In this document: in pieces, positions 37,386 through 49,812 of the stretch | How positions within the stretch are numbered: position 1 is the first letter of the stretch | How the letters are laid out: each line of letters begins with the position of its first letter | Origin: Psammoneis japonica | Lineage: Eukaryota | DNA: 64,000 bases | Reading direction: 5' to 3' | Assembly (NCBI GenBank): GCA_008632985.1 | Contig: QPGO01000141.1 | Location: 1 to 64,000 of the forward strand | Notes under the pieces: generated by a model | What the model saw: only the letters and a program-made list of their open reading frames with translations | The model's database searches: none | What the model was told of the DNA's origin: nothing | Position numbers and translations under genes: made by a program

Positions 37386-39232
37386 ATGTCTACTGCAAAA
37401 GGCAGCTCAGTGTATCAGTCAGTCCAGCTTAGTCCACCGACAAAATACGACAGCAAAGATCAGAAATATGAGAACGGAAACGATGATTTGTCCTTTAACA
37501 GCGACCATGACTCGAGCAATAACTCAATAGAAGATGACGATTCAAATCCGGACGTTATTTGCATCGATGAAGCCATTGGTAAGGCTTTATATTTTCTTCA
37601 AGCAGGTTGAATTGTACTCCTTGTGATTTTTATCTGACAGAGCACTCGCCTCTTTTTTCTAATTTCGAAATCAACCCCCAGAGCGTCTAGGCTACGGTCC
37701 ATTTCAACGCAAAATACTTGTCGCAGCAGGCTTGTGCTTTGCTGCGGACTCGATGGAGATTTTGTTGTTGAGCTTTCTGGCAAAAGTCTTACAATCCAAA
37801 TGGAGCCTATCGGATGAGCAAACCGCCAGCATTACGTCTTCTGTATTTGCCGGAGCCATGTTGGGAACACTTGTGTTGGGACCACTGGGTGATTGTGTGG
37901 GACGACGTCCGATCTTTTGTATAGCAGCCACCATTATATCCGTCTTTGGCATGGCGACTGCGCTGGCCAATGACTTTCATCAGTTGCTAATTGTTCGAAT
38001 TGTTGTGGGCTTTGGTGTTGGCGGCCTGACTGGTAAGACTCCATAGTCAACGATAGCACGTTGTGTGACGAACTCTCTGTGCTTTTGTGAAATTTGCACT
38101 TTCTCAACTTCTCATTTCATATTTGTATTCAGTTCCGTTTGACACTCTGGCTGAATTCTTACCTACTTCCAACCGTGGCAAGAATTTGCTGTACATTGAA
38201 TACTTTTGGGCTGCCGGCACGTTGCTGGTACCAGCGCTAGCTTACCTAACGCTGGGAACATTGGAATCATGGCGATGGTTTGTCGTTCTTTGTGCCTTGC
38301 CATGTTTCGCCAGTGCCATGTTGGGAGTATGTGTTGTTCCAGAAAGTCCTCGTTGGTTGTGTGCTAATGATCGCTCTCATGAAGCGCTCTCTATTCTTCG
38401 AAAGGCGGCGCGCGAAAACGGTCTCGACGAGGATTGGATCTTTCCGCCCGGTACTCGGTTGCGAGAAGATGACCGAGCCGAGCAGCATTCTACAGTAAAG
38501 GACCTTTTCAGCAAACGGTGGCGACAACTTACGCTCACATTGTGGGGTGCATGGTTCAGCTTTTCCTTTGGATACTATGGTACGGTTTTGGCAGTCACAC
38601 AAGTCTTCTCGGAAGAAGAGACGGACCAATCGCAATCGGCTGAGAATCGGTATAGTTTGGAGCAAGAGCCGTTTGATTTTGATTACTCTGCAATATTTCT
38701 CAGTGGGGCTGGTGAAGTCTTTGGTACTACGTTGGTTATTCTTACCATTGATCGTATTGGCCGGATCCCGTCTCAAGTTGCATCGTTCGTTGCGGGTGGA
38801 CTCTGCGTTTTCACGCTCTGTATGCTGGTTGCAAACCGTGCTGCGCCCCGTTACATTCTGGTACTGCTAGGCTTTTTCTCTCGAACCTTTGAAATGAGTG
38901 GCACGTGCGTCTCATGGGTATCAACAGCGGAGCTTTTACCAACTGAAATTCGTGCTTCCGGCCATTCTGCGGCAAATGCCATTGCGCGTGTTGGGGGGTT
39001 TGTAGCGCCCTTTTTGGTGGAAGACGGCACCCCGCTTGTTGTTGTTGGTATCGTCATGCTTGCAACTCACACATTTACGACTTTGTGTGTCTCAAGATTG
39101 CCGGAAACCAAGGGTCTTGCCATTGGTGCAGCCACTTTAGCCGGAAGGTCTGGTGGTGGCGAAGCTGTGACTTCTGATTACGAACAAGGGAACAGTACAA
39201 ACCAAGTTCATCGCAATACCCAAATGGTTTGA
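37386..39232 (+). CDS. MFS transporter, SV2/SVOP-like; exons 37386-37578, 37682-38032, 38133-39232
   Basis: LGYGPFQ, ADSME, GPLGDCVGRRP, PESPRWL, DRIGR, AELLPTEIRASG and LPETKG motifs; two GTAAG...AG introns keep the frame. Confidence 0.93.
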
Positions 39233-39740
39233 TAGCTCTTTTTTGAATGGAGTGGATTGCGCTTACTATGATTTTGCTTCCCGGCAACACCTTCTTTCTT
39301 CATGATTGAGCAAGGCAAGTCATAAGGAAATTGAATATACGTGTTGTATGCGGCACAGGGAATCTCTGGTGATGGCGAAGCTGTGACTGCTGGTTACTAG
39401 CAAGAGAGCAGTACAGACCAATAATTTGACAACCTCCTTTTTGAACGGAGTGGATTGCACTTACTATCTGTTTGCTTCTCGGCAACTTCATGCTTCATGA
39501 TCGAGCAAGTCAAGTCGTAACGAAAGTCATTCTAATGATTTCGAACCAGTAGTTGCTCCGTACAGTGGAATGAACGTTTACACGCGGTTTGACAATCTCC
39601 TTTATGAACGGAGGGGATTGCGGTTACTATGTTTTTGCTTCCCGGCAACCCTTTTGCTTAGTGATCGAGCGAGATGAGTCATGTTGAAAGCCATTCTAAT
39701 GATTTCGAACCAGGGCTTGGTCCCTACTGTGAATGAAATT
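39140..39740 (+). repeat. Three diverged tandem copies (~200 bp) of the MFS 3' end and UTR
   Basis: gaa(t/c)ggag(t/g)ggattgc..ttactat...ttgctt..cggcaac recurs near 39245, 39442 and 39606. Confidence 0.8.
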
Positions 39741-40329
39741 CGCACGCAACATAGGATGGAGAATATTTGAAAGAGCAGGTTCGAGCTGGGCGGAATCTCG
39801 GCGGAACGGACAAGACACACGGATGAGTTGATATTATGCTCGTGATGCCTATGATGGGCGTACTTGCCTATTGAATGCGGTTCCGAGGTCCGATTGTTGC
39901 AGCCGATTGTGAAAGACCTGCCAGAGACAGCATTAGATAGATCTCATAAAACGAAGACAGCCGATTGAGCGTATAAGCTTGTCACAGCTTGTTCCTGAGG
40001 TGCTCAATTGTTTTACTTGCTTTCTATATGGGGGGTTAAAATTTCCTCGAGGTTAATTTACGACATACTGCTGCAGGCATGTAACAATCTTGGGACTGGC
40101 CTTGCCCGTAGCCCCCACCTCTTGCAATCGCTCAACCAACAATTCCTCATCGCAGCAGTCGGCATGGCACACTTCTCGCATGTCCAACCATTTCCTTGAT
40201 TTCTGAAACACGCATCAGTCAGGGAGCTCCAAACAACTGTGTCATAGAGGATCGGTTGTTGACTTGAGAAATTGTTTTGAAGAAGACAGAGGGCTTGGGC
40301 AGGAGGTGCATTGTGCATTTGTAAACCTT

Positions 40330-43300
40330 CCAGCAGTGGTGCACGTTGATGCCATGATGCTTGACATCTGGCAAGATTGAGGCTGGCAGTTGCAATGATT
40401 CTCTTGAAAGGCTTTCAGAATGGGCACAAATTGGTGCCACAGGTTGTCCCAGCAACAATCAAAAGATGGACCCTGGCTACAATCAAGGCCTTCAAAGTCT
40501 CACACGACAAGGAACGGCAGGGTGCTGTGGCTCGCACATGCATTGCCTGATGCCCAGCCGCTCCTCCGGTCCACTGAAGAACGCTTTTTGGCAAACCATG
40601 TTTCACAATCAGCAATTGAAGCTTTTTCATTGCTGAAAATAACTTGACTGGGTGCAAAAACTTTGCTGCAGTGGCCGTCGGCAATGTCGTCATTGTGTCC
40701 AGACCCGTGTTGACGTTTCAAAGGATCATCGCCTGCAGCTGCTCTCACCTCATCCTCGCACTTTCTAAACTTGGATTGGAAGATGCTTTTCACCAAACAG
40801 AAGAGCTGTTCCTTGTCTTCTGAGCATTCTTTGGTGAAGAAAATCGATCTCGCCAATGGCTCTCATCTTCTCTGCACATCTGGTGGCTGCTTTCCCTCCA
40901 ATTCAGGGGGCAACAAGGCAAAGGTGCAGTCACCCATTGCAAAGGTGTGCCAATGCCTTGTGCAGCTTGTGACGCGTTCCAGGTCTAGGTGGGACCTCGC
41001 ACTGCTGCACTGTGACATCGACAGTTTTTTGAATCGCGTCGTATGTCGCGCACGTACATTTCTACGTGATTTTGGCGAAATTTTGTATGATTTTATAGTA
41101 CAATTATCAGGCTATCCATTGAACAACTTTTAACATTTTTTTTTCTACGCCATTCTCGAGTGTCTTAAGGATGGCGTAGGGCAGGCGTGTTATCCAAAAC
41201 TTCGAGTACGAACAGGGATAGATGTACTACAAACTTGGCCGTTTTTTTTTATGTCGAAGATAAATATATCCATTAACCAGAGTGCGAACTACAGAGCTCG
41301 CACGTAGAATTCTACGGGGCAAATGTCACAAAAAGTCCCACCTGGGACTGGAACCCGTCTTGTTTTCTGCCAACAGGTTGAGCCACACTTTGCTTGTCCT
41401 TCTGCCAGAGATCAAAGCTTCAAAGAGGAAGAAAGTTCTTGAGAGACAAAATTCCTCAGTCTCAACTCAAAAGGATCAGATTCTGACAAAAAGTTTTAAA
41501 AAAATGACCAGATCCACATTTCAAGTGCTGTCACTCCTTTGCCAGCTGGGCCGGCACCAACTGATCCCCACACTCCCAGTGCACAGTCAAGTGTGGCAGG
41601 AGCTTGTGCAGGATCAGCAGGAATGGGCATCACCAGAAGGTGACACCCAGCATCTGTGGATCTGCGTGGCATTTGCACTGGAACCTGCGCAGAAAATTCT
41701 CTGAGACAACAGAAAATGATGAGCAATGACAACCAGCACACAAACCAACCGGCCGCAACACTCGTTTTCCACTGATGAACTTTGCTCATCATGCCATGAC
41801 AAGGATGCACCATTGGCAAATGTGGACAGAATGGGCTTGTTGGAGCCAAATCAACACCGTCTGAGAAGGGCGACATCAGTGCAAGAAGGTGTGTAGAAAC
41901 CTGTGTAGAAGCTGAGGGTGTGCAGCCAACATCAAAAAGTGGCAAAAAGTCAAAGCTCAAGAAGAAGGAAGTTTGCTCTGTCAACCAGAACTTGGCATTG
42001 ATTTTTTGCCAATCTCCTTCAAGATCTTCCTGCACATCTTGCTTGGAGCCAGGATGTGTGGCTTCATCAATGAGCTCACATGCCAACAAGATCAAAAGGC
42101 AAGGGGTCCCTGTTGCTTGTCTGGTTTCACCTTGTGTGAGAGGGTGGCTGCCTTGTGCCAAGGAGCTTCCAGCAACATCTGCAGGTTGTTCACCAGATGG
42201 ATTGATTTGTCACTCTTCTTTTCTTTGCTCTGAGCCAACGCTTCCTCCTTTTTCTTCTGGTGCTTTTCAACCTCCACCTTTCTGGCTCGTTCTTCACACT
42301 CATCAAAGGACTTGAGAAAAGTCTTTGCAGCCCTCCTCTGGAGGAGCATGCAAGAAACTTTGCAGACAGTCTTCGCAGCCTTCCGGGTGGGCCGCCATGT
42401 GACCAATGTTGCCAAAACAGACAATGGGCCCAATTCCTTGTGTTCCTCTCTGCCTCGGCTCATTAAATGCTGCATCACAAGACATTTTCTTGAACCGCAG
42501 TGAGGCCCAGCAGTGCATTGGTGGCAGAGAACTGCATCAAATTCATTGGGGTTTTGTTGGTGCCTGGCCCACTCAGTGTTCAATGCCTGCGTGTGGCAAT
42601 CTGTGAGGCACTCCCAGCAAAGAAAGAGAGCACAACCAGGCCGCATTTGCCGCTGGCCAGCAAAAGCAGCTGTTGGGGTGGTGGTGGCACATGGATTGAC
42701 TTCTTCTTCATCAGCTCACAAATCTCTTGCATTTTTTCTTGGTGCGCCCCCCATGAATCATGGCTGGTTTGAAAACCAAGTCAGCAGCGACAGCATTTTG
42801 AAGTGTTCGGCATGTTCAAGCAAGATGGAAGAGCTCGTGGGGGGGGGGGGGGGGCACAAACAACATGACAACCATCGAAGCATTGAGATCAATGTCAACA
42901 TTTGGGCCCTTGGCTGTTTTCAAATGCTTGCTGGGACAAGAAACGGGCTTCGCATTGAGCTGTCTTCAACAATCAAGCTCACATTGGTCTCCCTCTGCTC
43001 GTGATTGCAAAACATCCAGCAGGGCTCTGTGTCTTCTTTTTGTTGTGTGGGGATGCTTGGAGTGTTCCTGCGCTCACTGTCGCAGATTGTGGTGATGCTG
43101 CACCCATGCCATGGGGATGATGGCGGAGCTGTGCAAGCTGCGGATGCATGTTTGTTCACGGCCACATGTCATCATCATGTGCGTTGAGCTTGCAATGCCA
43201 ATGTGCCATGCATGCCAACATGCACATGTTCTCAAGCAAACAGCTCTAATTCAACAGCTCCCCCTCTGCAAACAGAGAGATCTTTGACCACAAGAAACAA

Positions 43301-45150
43301 GCATGCCAAACAACACTTTTTGAAAACTGCACACAGACAAAAACACCACAACATGGGGTCGACTTGACCGCCGCTGCAGCTGCTGTTGTGACCCAAACAC
43401 AACAGATTTGCTTTGTGCTGTCTGCTGCCAAAGATGCAATGCACAAATTTGATGTGACTCTGACTTAAAACCAACAAACACCAAGCTCCTCCAATGTGCA
43501 AAATGCAAAACAGACTGCAGCAGGCTTGAGAGAGACATGAGCTTGTTGTCATGTTGTTTGTCAATGAAGAAGAGCCAAACACAAAGAATTTTGAGTCATG
43601 GCCAACCCTTGCAAAGAACAACTTTTGAGTCACTCTGATTTGCACAAGCACCGCTGCAGAGCAACAGCCACAATGTGGTGGGTCAGATGAGATGTTGACC
43701 ACAGAAAATCACAAAACATTCTTTCCAGAGAATTGGTCGTGCCTTTAATTTACACCAGCACCTTGCATCTGTTGATGCCAGAGCTGTGCCTTCATGTGCC
43801 ACACTCAGACAAAAGATTTCTTGTTGCTGCACTCCTCATTCTTTCATGGTCAGGTTTGCTCACAACAAACTTGACTCCAGTTCTTTGTTGAACAAGATTC
43901 ATCCCTGCCTTGGCTGCATGCACTTTAACAAAGTGGCTCATTGGTGCACAACTGCCATGCTGGTGCAACAACTTCAAAGCACTGCAGCACAAGTGCTTGC
44001 ATCAAAAGGTGCAAAGAAAAGGAAAAAAGCCAAAACTCACACATGATGGCATTGACAAACAACAGCGAGATGCACCAGCAAAGGCAGGACAGCCGGCAGA
44101 AAGTTGGATGATCTCTGCCCTGGCTGGCACCCCACTGAGTTCTGAACATGTGATTGGCCAAATCATTTGGTTGGCCTTTGGTGGAGTCAGGCAAACCATC
44201 AACAATCCTGGAGAGCAAAGTTGCCAGTCTCCGCTCACATCCAGCGTGTGTTCACTGGAGAGGACCTGAGACCAGCATGACTTGGGATGAATGCCAAGAT
44301 TGAAAAGACATGAAAAAAAAGATTGCCAAACAAGTCTTGCAGCTGAAGAAAAAAGTTGCACACAGGGATTCTGGGGTGCAGCTCTCTTGCGGTTTGCCCT
44401 TTTTTAATTGTTTGACAATGGATGGGACTCGCTTCAGTGCCGGAGTGACAACACTGGGCACAACCAACCCAAGCTTTGAAATGAAAGTGAGAGAAGAGGG
44501 GATTTGTTGGTTGGAGAGCAGTCAAGACAATCGCTGCAGCAGTGTGCCCAGAAACCATGTGAGTTCAGAAGCAACCTTGTCAAAAAGGCTTGTTCACTGT
44601 CAGAACAAAGCAGACAAAAAAGGCAAAAAAAGAAGTTGTGGCAAGCACCTCAGTGCTCCCAAAGACATGGCCCAAATGAACAAGAATCTGTTGACTCTTG
44701 TTGAGTGGGAAGCATGCCTTGGAAGAGGTTTTTTGACAGCTGTGCCACAGTGAGAAGCAGAAGCACTGTTTGAAACAAGATGGCATGCACGGGGCGCCAA
44801 ACTCCAGCAGCAGAGCAAGAATTTTCCACCACCAACAACTGGCATCCTCTGGCACTTTGTTTTCTTGTCGATGAAGCTTGACCACTGAGAAATGTGCTTT
44901 GTTGTGATGTGGTGGTGTGTTTGAGATGAGCGTGACAAGCCACACACAAGTCACACTGCACAAAACTCCTGCACAATGATTCGTGATTGGATTGCACGAC
45001 TCAAAAAGTGGAGAGACAGGCAGACTCAACGATTTTTGAACGTGAGCGAAAAATGCATGATGACAAAAGGAACGTGATGCACGGTCTACGACGAAATGAA
45101 CTACAAATGTGCAGCATGATTGACACAATTTGGTGAAATGCAAAAGTGCA
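40330..45150. other. TpA-depleted hypermutated domain (MITE F core excepted)
   Basis: About a dozen TA in 41360-45100, essentially all in TARA/TYTA. Confidence 0.9.
40971..41359 (-). mobile_element. MITE copy F (ends converted, centre intact)
   Basis: gacgcgttccaggtctaggtgggacc...gtcccacctgggactggaacccgtc; TSD ttgt/ttgt. Confidence 0.95.
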
Positions 45151-45153
45151 GTT

Positions 45154-47180
45154 CTAATTGTCATTTGCTGTGAACACATGCGCGGATCCGGACAATCCGC
45201 CATTGACATCAGCAAGAAACGCACCAACTCCAATGACGCTTCCGTCGGCTGACAAGGACACGGACCATCCAAAATTATCACCTTCAGCCTCACCATTCAA
45301 AGGATCTCCGTCTTGCTTCCATTCGTCTGCGTTGCTGTCGTACTGAAAGATTCGAACTTGACCCGCATTGGATGATCTGTTGACGTCATGCCAAGGATTT
45401 CCGACCGCCAAGAAGTTTCCATTGCCACTCAACGACACTGACCGATAAAAATCACTGCCATGCTCTTGTGTCAAGAGATTTTGGCCATGTTGATTCCATG
45501 TGAAAGTCAAGAGGTTATACGAATAAACCAGCACTCCCTCATTGCTCCATGGTGCACCCGCAGCCACGATCAAACCGCTGTCGTCGAGAGAAACAGAATC
45601 TCCAAACCAACCACCAACGACTTCTCCATGGATTGGAAATCCCAATCGATTCCATCTTGACGAGGCATAATTGTATTCATACACCGACACTTGACCCGCA
45701 TTGTTTCCACGCGAATCATTCAAATTTGCTCCAATGCCAACAATCGTTCCCTGCGCATTCAAGGAAACGGAAGTACCAAAATAATCACCACCAGCTTGAC
45801 CAATGAGTGTTTGACCGAGTTGGTTCCAGGATGAGGAGCCGCGGTCGTATTGAAACAATCGAACTGATCCAGAGTTAGAGCCATTTTCTGTGTCATCCCA
45901 GTAAGCTCCAACAGCAAGAATGTCTCCCGCGTCCGAGAGCGACACGGAAACACCAAAAGAATCAGAAGTGTCTTGTCCCAGAATATCGCTACCAAGTTGA
46001 ACCCAGCGATCCAATGCAGAGTCGTATTCAAGCACACGAACGTGACCGGCATCGATTTCGCTACTACCGTTCTAATCAGCTCCAACCGCAAGAATCGCGC
46101 CGTCACCATTTAATGAAACAGACTCTCCAAAATTGTCGCCGCCGGCTTGTCCAATCAATTCTTGTCCAATTTGCGTCCATTGTTGGTTGCTTGGATTGTA
46201 TCGTTGCACAACAGCATAGCCGGGATTAGAAGAATCAGTACCTTGAGTCGCTCCAACAGCCATTACACTACCATCACGAGACAAGGAGACGGAATTGCCA
46301 AAACGGTCACTTGCAGCTTTGCCGTGCAAGACTTGACCAACAGTCTGCCAATTTGCTGGAGCAGTAGTCGGAGCAGTAGTCGAAGCAGTAGATGGACAGT
46401 AGTTGGAGACTGAGAGGGAAATAATGAAGGTGGTGTCGTTGTCATTGGTGCTCCATCCTCGTTCTTTTCGTTGTTACTCGTAGACAAAGCAATTGGTACA
46501 GCAACTGCCATTGAAACAACTATCACTGCTACAAATCCAAGTGCAATAATGAAGCGTTTGCCACGTGGTCTTCTGTCATTGTCATCCTTAGAACCGTCGC
46601 TGCTTGCTTGAGCATGCTCAACTTGTGCAAGAGGCGAAAATCGATCATTCTTTTCTCTCGCCCATAGACCACCTTCTTCGATTTCGGTGACTGTTGTAAT
46701 GTTGTGTTTGCCTCGTCCACGAAGTACCTCGCCTTCCTCGTCAATGGCAAAGGCCCCCGGAGCAATGTCGGGTATGCGTCGTAGATCTAAATCGTCTGTT
46801 TGTTCAATCTCTTCGCCTCCATCATAATCGGCTACACCCTCGTCTTCGCCAAGAGCAGAATGGTTTATCCTACAGTTCCGGTTCTCACGCCGATTCCTGT
46901 TGACCTTGTCCTTTGATTTGTGCTGCCGGCCACTATGTCGGCAGTGATTGCTTGAAGCAGGTGGCTCTACCCCACCGTCTCGAAGTTTCGTATACGCCCT
47001 TAGCTCCTCTTGATGAGAGATACGCTTTTGCCGGATTTTACCGTCAGAGTCATGCGTTGAAGCGCACTTATGTTTGACACCTTTGCCGTCGTTCTTGTTG
47101 CTCTTATTCTTTGCTTTCGTTTTATGTTTCACTTTTCTCGTCTCTTGTTTGGCGGGTGCTTTATCAGAGCGATTGTCCAT
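45154..47180 (-). pseudogene. Paralogue of the FG-GAP membrane protein with a frameshift (~46398) and an in-frame TAG (46072-46074)
   Basis: Same GAFAxxxxGEVLR, TM and FGxSVSL repeats as 32841-35353; lacks the SEA-like domain; lesions may partly be assembly errors. Confidence 0.75.
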
Positions 47181-47780
47181 TGTTGTTGTTTTAAACAAAT
47201 CTTTTGTTGTGCACCGACATGTATGAAGAATAGGAAGCAAATTTATGGGCAACGCATCAGATATCAGTTCCATGCTGCGGTGCGGCATGACTGAAAACGC
47301 GGATATTTTTTGCTTGCATCAGCTGTTGGGTCATAGTCATTTGGTTGTTTTGTTCGGCGATCACGTAGAAACGGACTCGACAGTAGTCATTGTGGTTTTC
47401 CGTTGCGAAGACCCTGTTGCAAAACTTGGCATCCGCGAACAGCAGCAAAGACTTTGTGACGGCTGTTTCGAGAGTTGTGCGGTGGGGCACATGGCCAAAT
47501 CGGAGGTCCTCCATCTGCCAACTTGGAGTCTTGGCTGCAAGATTTGTTGGGCAGCATTCAAAACATCTGGCGCCAGGAGTTTTGTAAGAGAGCAAGCTGG
47601 GCACTGTTCAGCGGCATTGGGCACCAGCCTTTTCTTTGTTGGATGATCCACAAAACACGCCACACCCTGTGGCGGCAGCCCACTTTCTTCTTTCAAGATG
47701 TTGGCAATGACAGTGCAGCAAATGACGTGGGTGGCACAGCTTTGGCTGGCGAAGCCAGCTGTCATCCAAGCCAGCCAAGC

Positions 47781-48227
47781 GCATCATGCATGCAGACAAA
47801 AGGTCATTTTTGTCATGCCCTTTGTGACATTTAAAGGCTGCAACACGTCGCCGTGACACATTGGCTCTCATTGGCAGCTGTGTGTTGCACTCCTCCCCAT
47901 GCATCGCGTGTCCATGCGGCTCTTTGCCAACGTGTGCTGACACTGCACGGTTTTGGCGGAACAGTGTGGGTGCGCACGAAGGAACACACAGAACTGCACA
48001 GAGTTTCGCGCGTTCGACAGTGATCAACGTTGCTGCAGACAACTCCCACTCAGGGTTTCGAACCCCTGGCCTCCTGCCTGATGGTTGCGATGAACCACTC
48101 CGCCATGAATTCACAGCGCATTGTGCACGCAGACAAAAGGTTGTTTTTGTCACGCCCTTTGTGACATTTAAAGCCTGCAACACGTTGCCATGATGCGCTG
48201 GCTCTCATCAGCAGCTGCACATTGCAC
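47781..48227. repeat. ~110-bp direct repeats (47781-47890 and 48118-48227)
   Basis: gcagacaaaagg...tttttgtca.gccctttgtgacatttaaag.ctgcaacacgt...ggctctcat..gcagctg is present twice. Confidence 0.88.
48044..48110 (-). other. Degenerate tRNA-like / Pol III type-2 promoter (possible SINE head)
   Basis: Minus strand A-box TGGCGGAGTGG (48105-48095) and B-box GGTTCGAAACC (48064-48054), 30 nt apart; no intact anticodon or acceptor stem. Confidence 0.4.
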
Positions 48228-48949
48228 AAGCTCAGCACCGGCCAGAGCGTGGAAGAAAAATGAGAGCAGCGCCGTTGCTCAGATTGCTGCAGACAATGAT
48301 GAATGTGCTCCAGCCCCAGGCAGAAGCTTGCGGTGCTGGCATTTGATGCAATTGTTTTTTGTCATCCATTGCATGTTTTGTGTGCGCATTTCTGTGTGTG
48401 CTCTCCCCCACAAAATTGCGCCAGAATCGCCATTTTGTGAACCCCCAGACATTTCATTTGACGAACTCATGGGGACAAAATGGTTCACCAGGTGTGTTCT
48501 TCAACATCTGAAGAATGTGCAGCTTGCAAAGTTGCCTTTTTTTGTTGGTGGTGATCATTGGCACATTCGTCACCTGGCAATTTTGCTGCTGAGCTTGCGC
48601 GTCGACGCAGGGGAAGCCAACACATGTGTGGGCAAGGGCGGCACAAAGTTGATGACAGTGGGCATTGTGCAAGGCTTGGTGGCAATGACAAAGCTTCCAG
48701 AGAGTCATTTGCCAACACTTCTGCAACGGCAACAAAGCACCATTTTGGGGGGGTGAGAGCCGCCTCTTGTTGGTGTGTTCCAGCGCCAGCATCTTGGCGT
48801 GCATTTTTTTCTTTTCTTGTGCAAGAATTGACATGCCAGCTCAGGACACCAAGAATGCAAAATGTTTCCTCAGTTGCTTGCCAAAGAACAGGCACATTTT
48901 TTGCTGTTGCTTTGGAGGAAGCTGATCTGCGGCGCGAAGCAAGCAGAAG

Positions 48950-48951
<2 letters not shown>

Positions 48952-48984
<33 letters not shown>
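48952..48984. repeat. (GA)n microsatellite
   Basis: Visible GA run. Confidence 0.9.
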
Positions 48985-48986
<2 letters not shown>

Positions 48987-49812
48987 CATGATCATCCATC
49001 ATCATCCCATGTGTTGGAAAGTGTCTTTCTTGAAGAAGCTTGAGGAGAGCATCACAATCAGTCGGTGGCTGAGCTTTTTGCAAAGGGAAAGTGACGGGAA
49101 CGGCGGAAGAAAAGATTGATCCAGTCAAGTCATCCACGACGTGTGAGGACATTCAAGTTGGAAGTTTAGTGCACGATGCCAGCCCCAATGAACTCTCTCT
49201 TCTCTGTGGCTGCTGTTGCCTCCTCGCTCCTTGATTCTTCGTCCCTCTCAAACAAACACGAAGAATGAGGAGCTCTCTCTCAAACCGTTCACATCAGACT
49301 GTCAGTTTCTCTGATGGAAGGACGGACGTCAACGTAACACGTCAGGTACATGATAGGCAGACTGCCGGTGGCGCGGCCGCTACGACAGTTGTACTACGTA
49401 AGGCCCAGTACAGAATCTACGAAATTTTCAAATTGCTGTACAACTCTACGTAGACTGTACCACGTTGGATCGAGAAAGTAACGGGCTTTGAAGATCGAAG
49501 GCAGACAGCCAACCATACCAACCACCCACCAACGACCGCCGCTCGCGGCCGATAGCATCAGCGATCATCAACCAAGACGACCAGGTCGCTGTTGCGATTG
49601 TCCCTGTCGGTGCGTATCCCCATAAGTTGATAGAGAGGGTAACGGTATATATCCCGCCGCCTTGCTTGGTCGTAACACGCTTTTATTGTCTTCGCGACGT
49701 AAAATAGCCCTACGACTTTGTTGGAATTGCATTGGTAACATTGGTTTGCTGTGCACTTTTCCATTTTTTCTATCGGGAAAGAATTTTGGATGCGAGTTTG
49801 AAACAATATAGA

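Larger units (their letters stand above)
47400..49320. other. TpA-depleted hypermutated domain
   Basis: TA limited to a few sites such as tttaaa. Confidence 0.85.

Noticed and set aside
43400..43530. MYND-finger-like KLLQCAKCK...CSR
   Set aside because: Cys motifs arise spuriously in converted DNA; too short to call.
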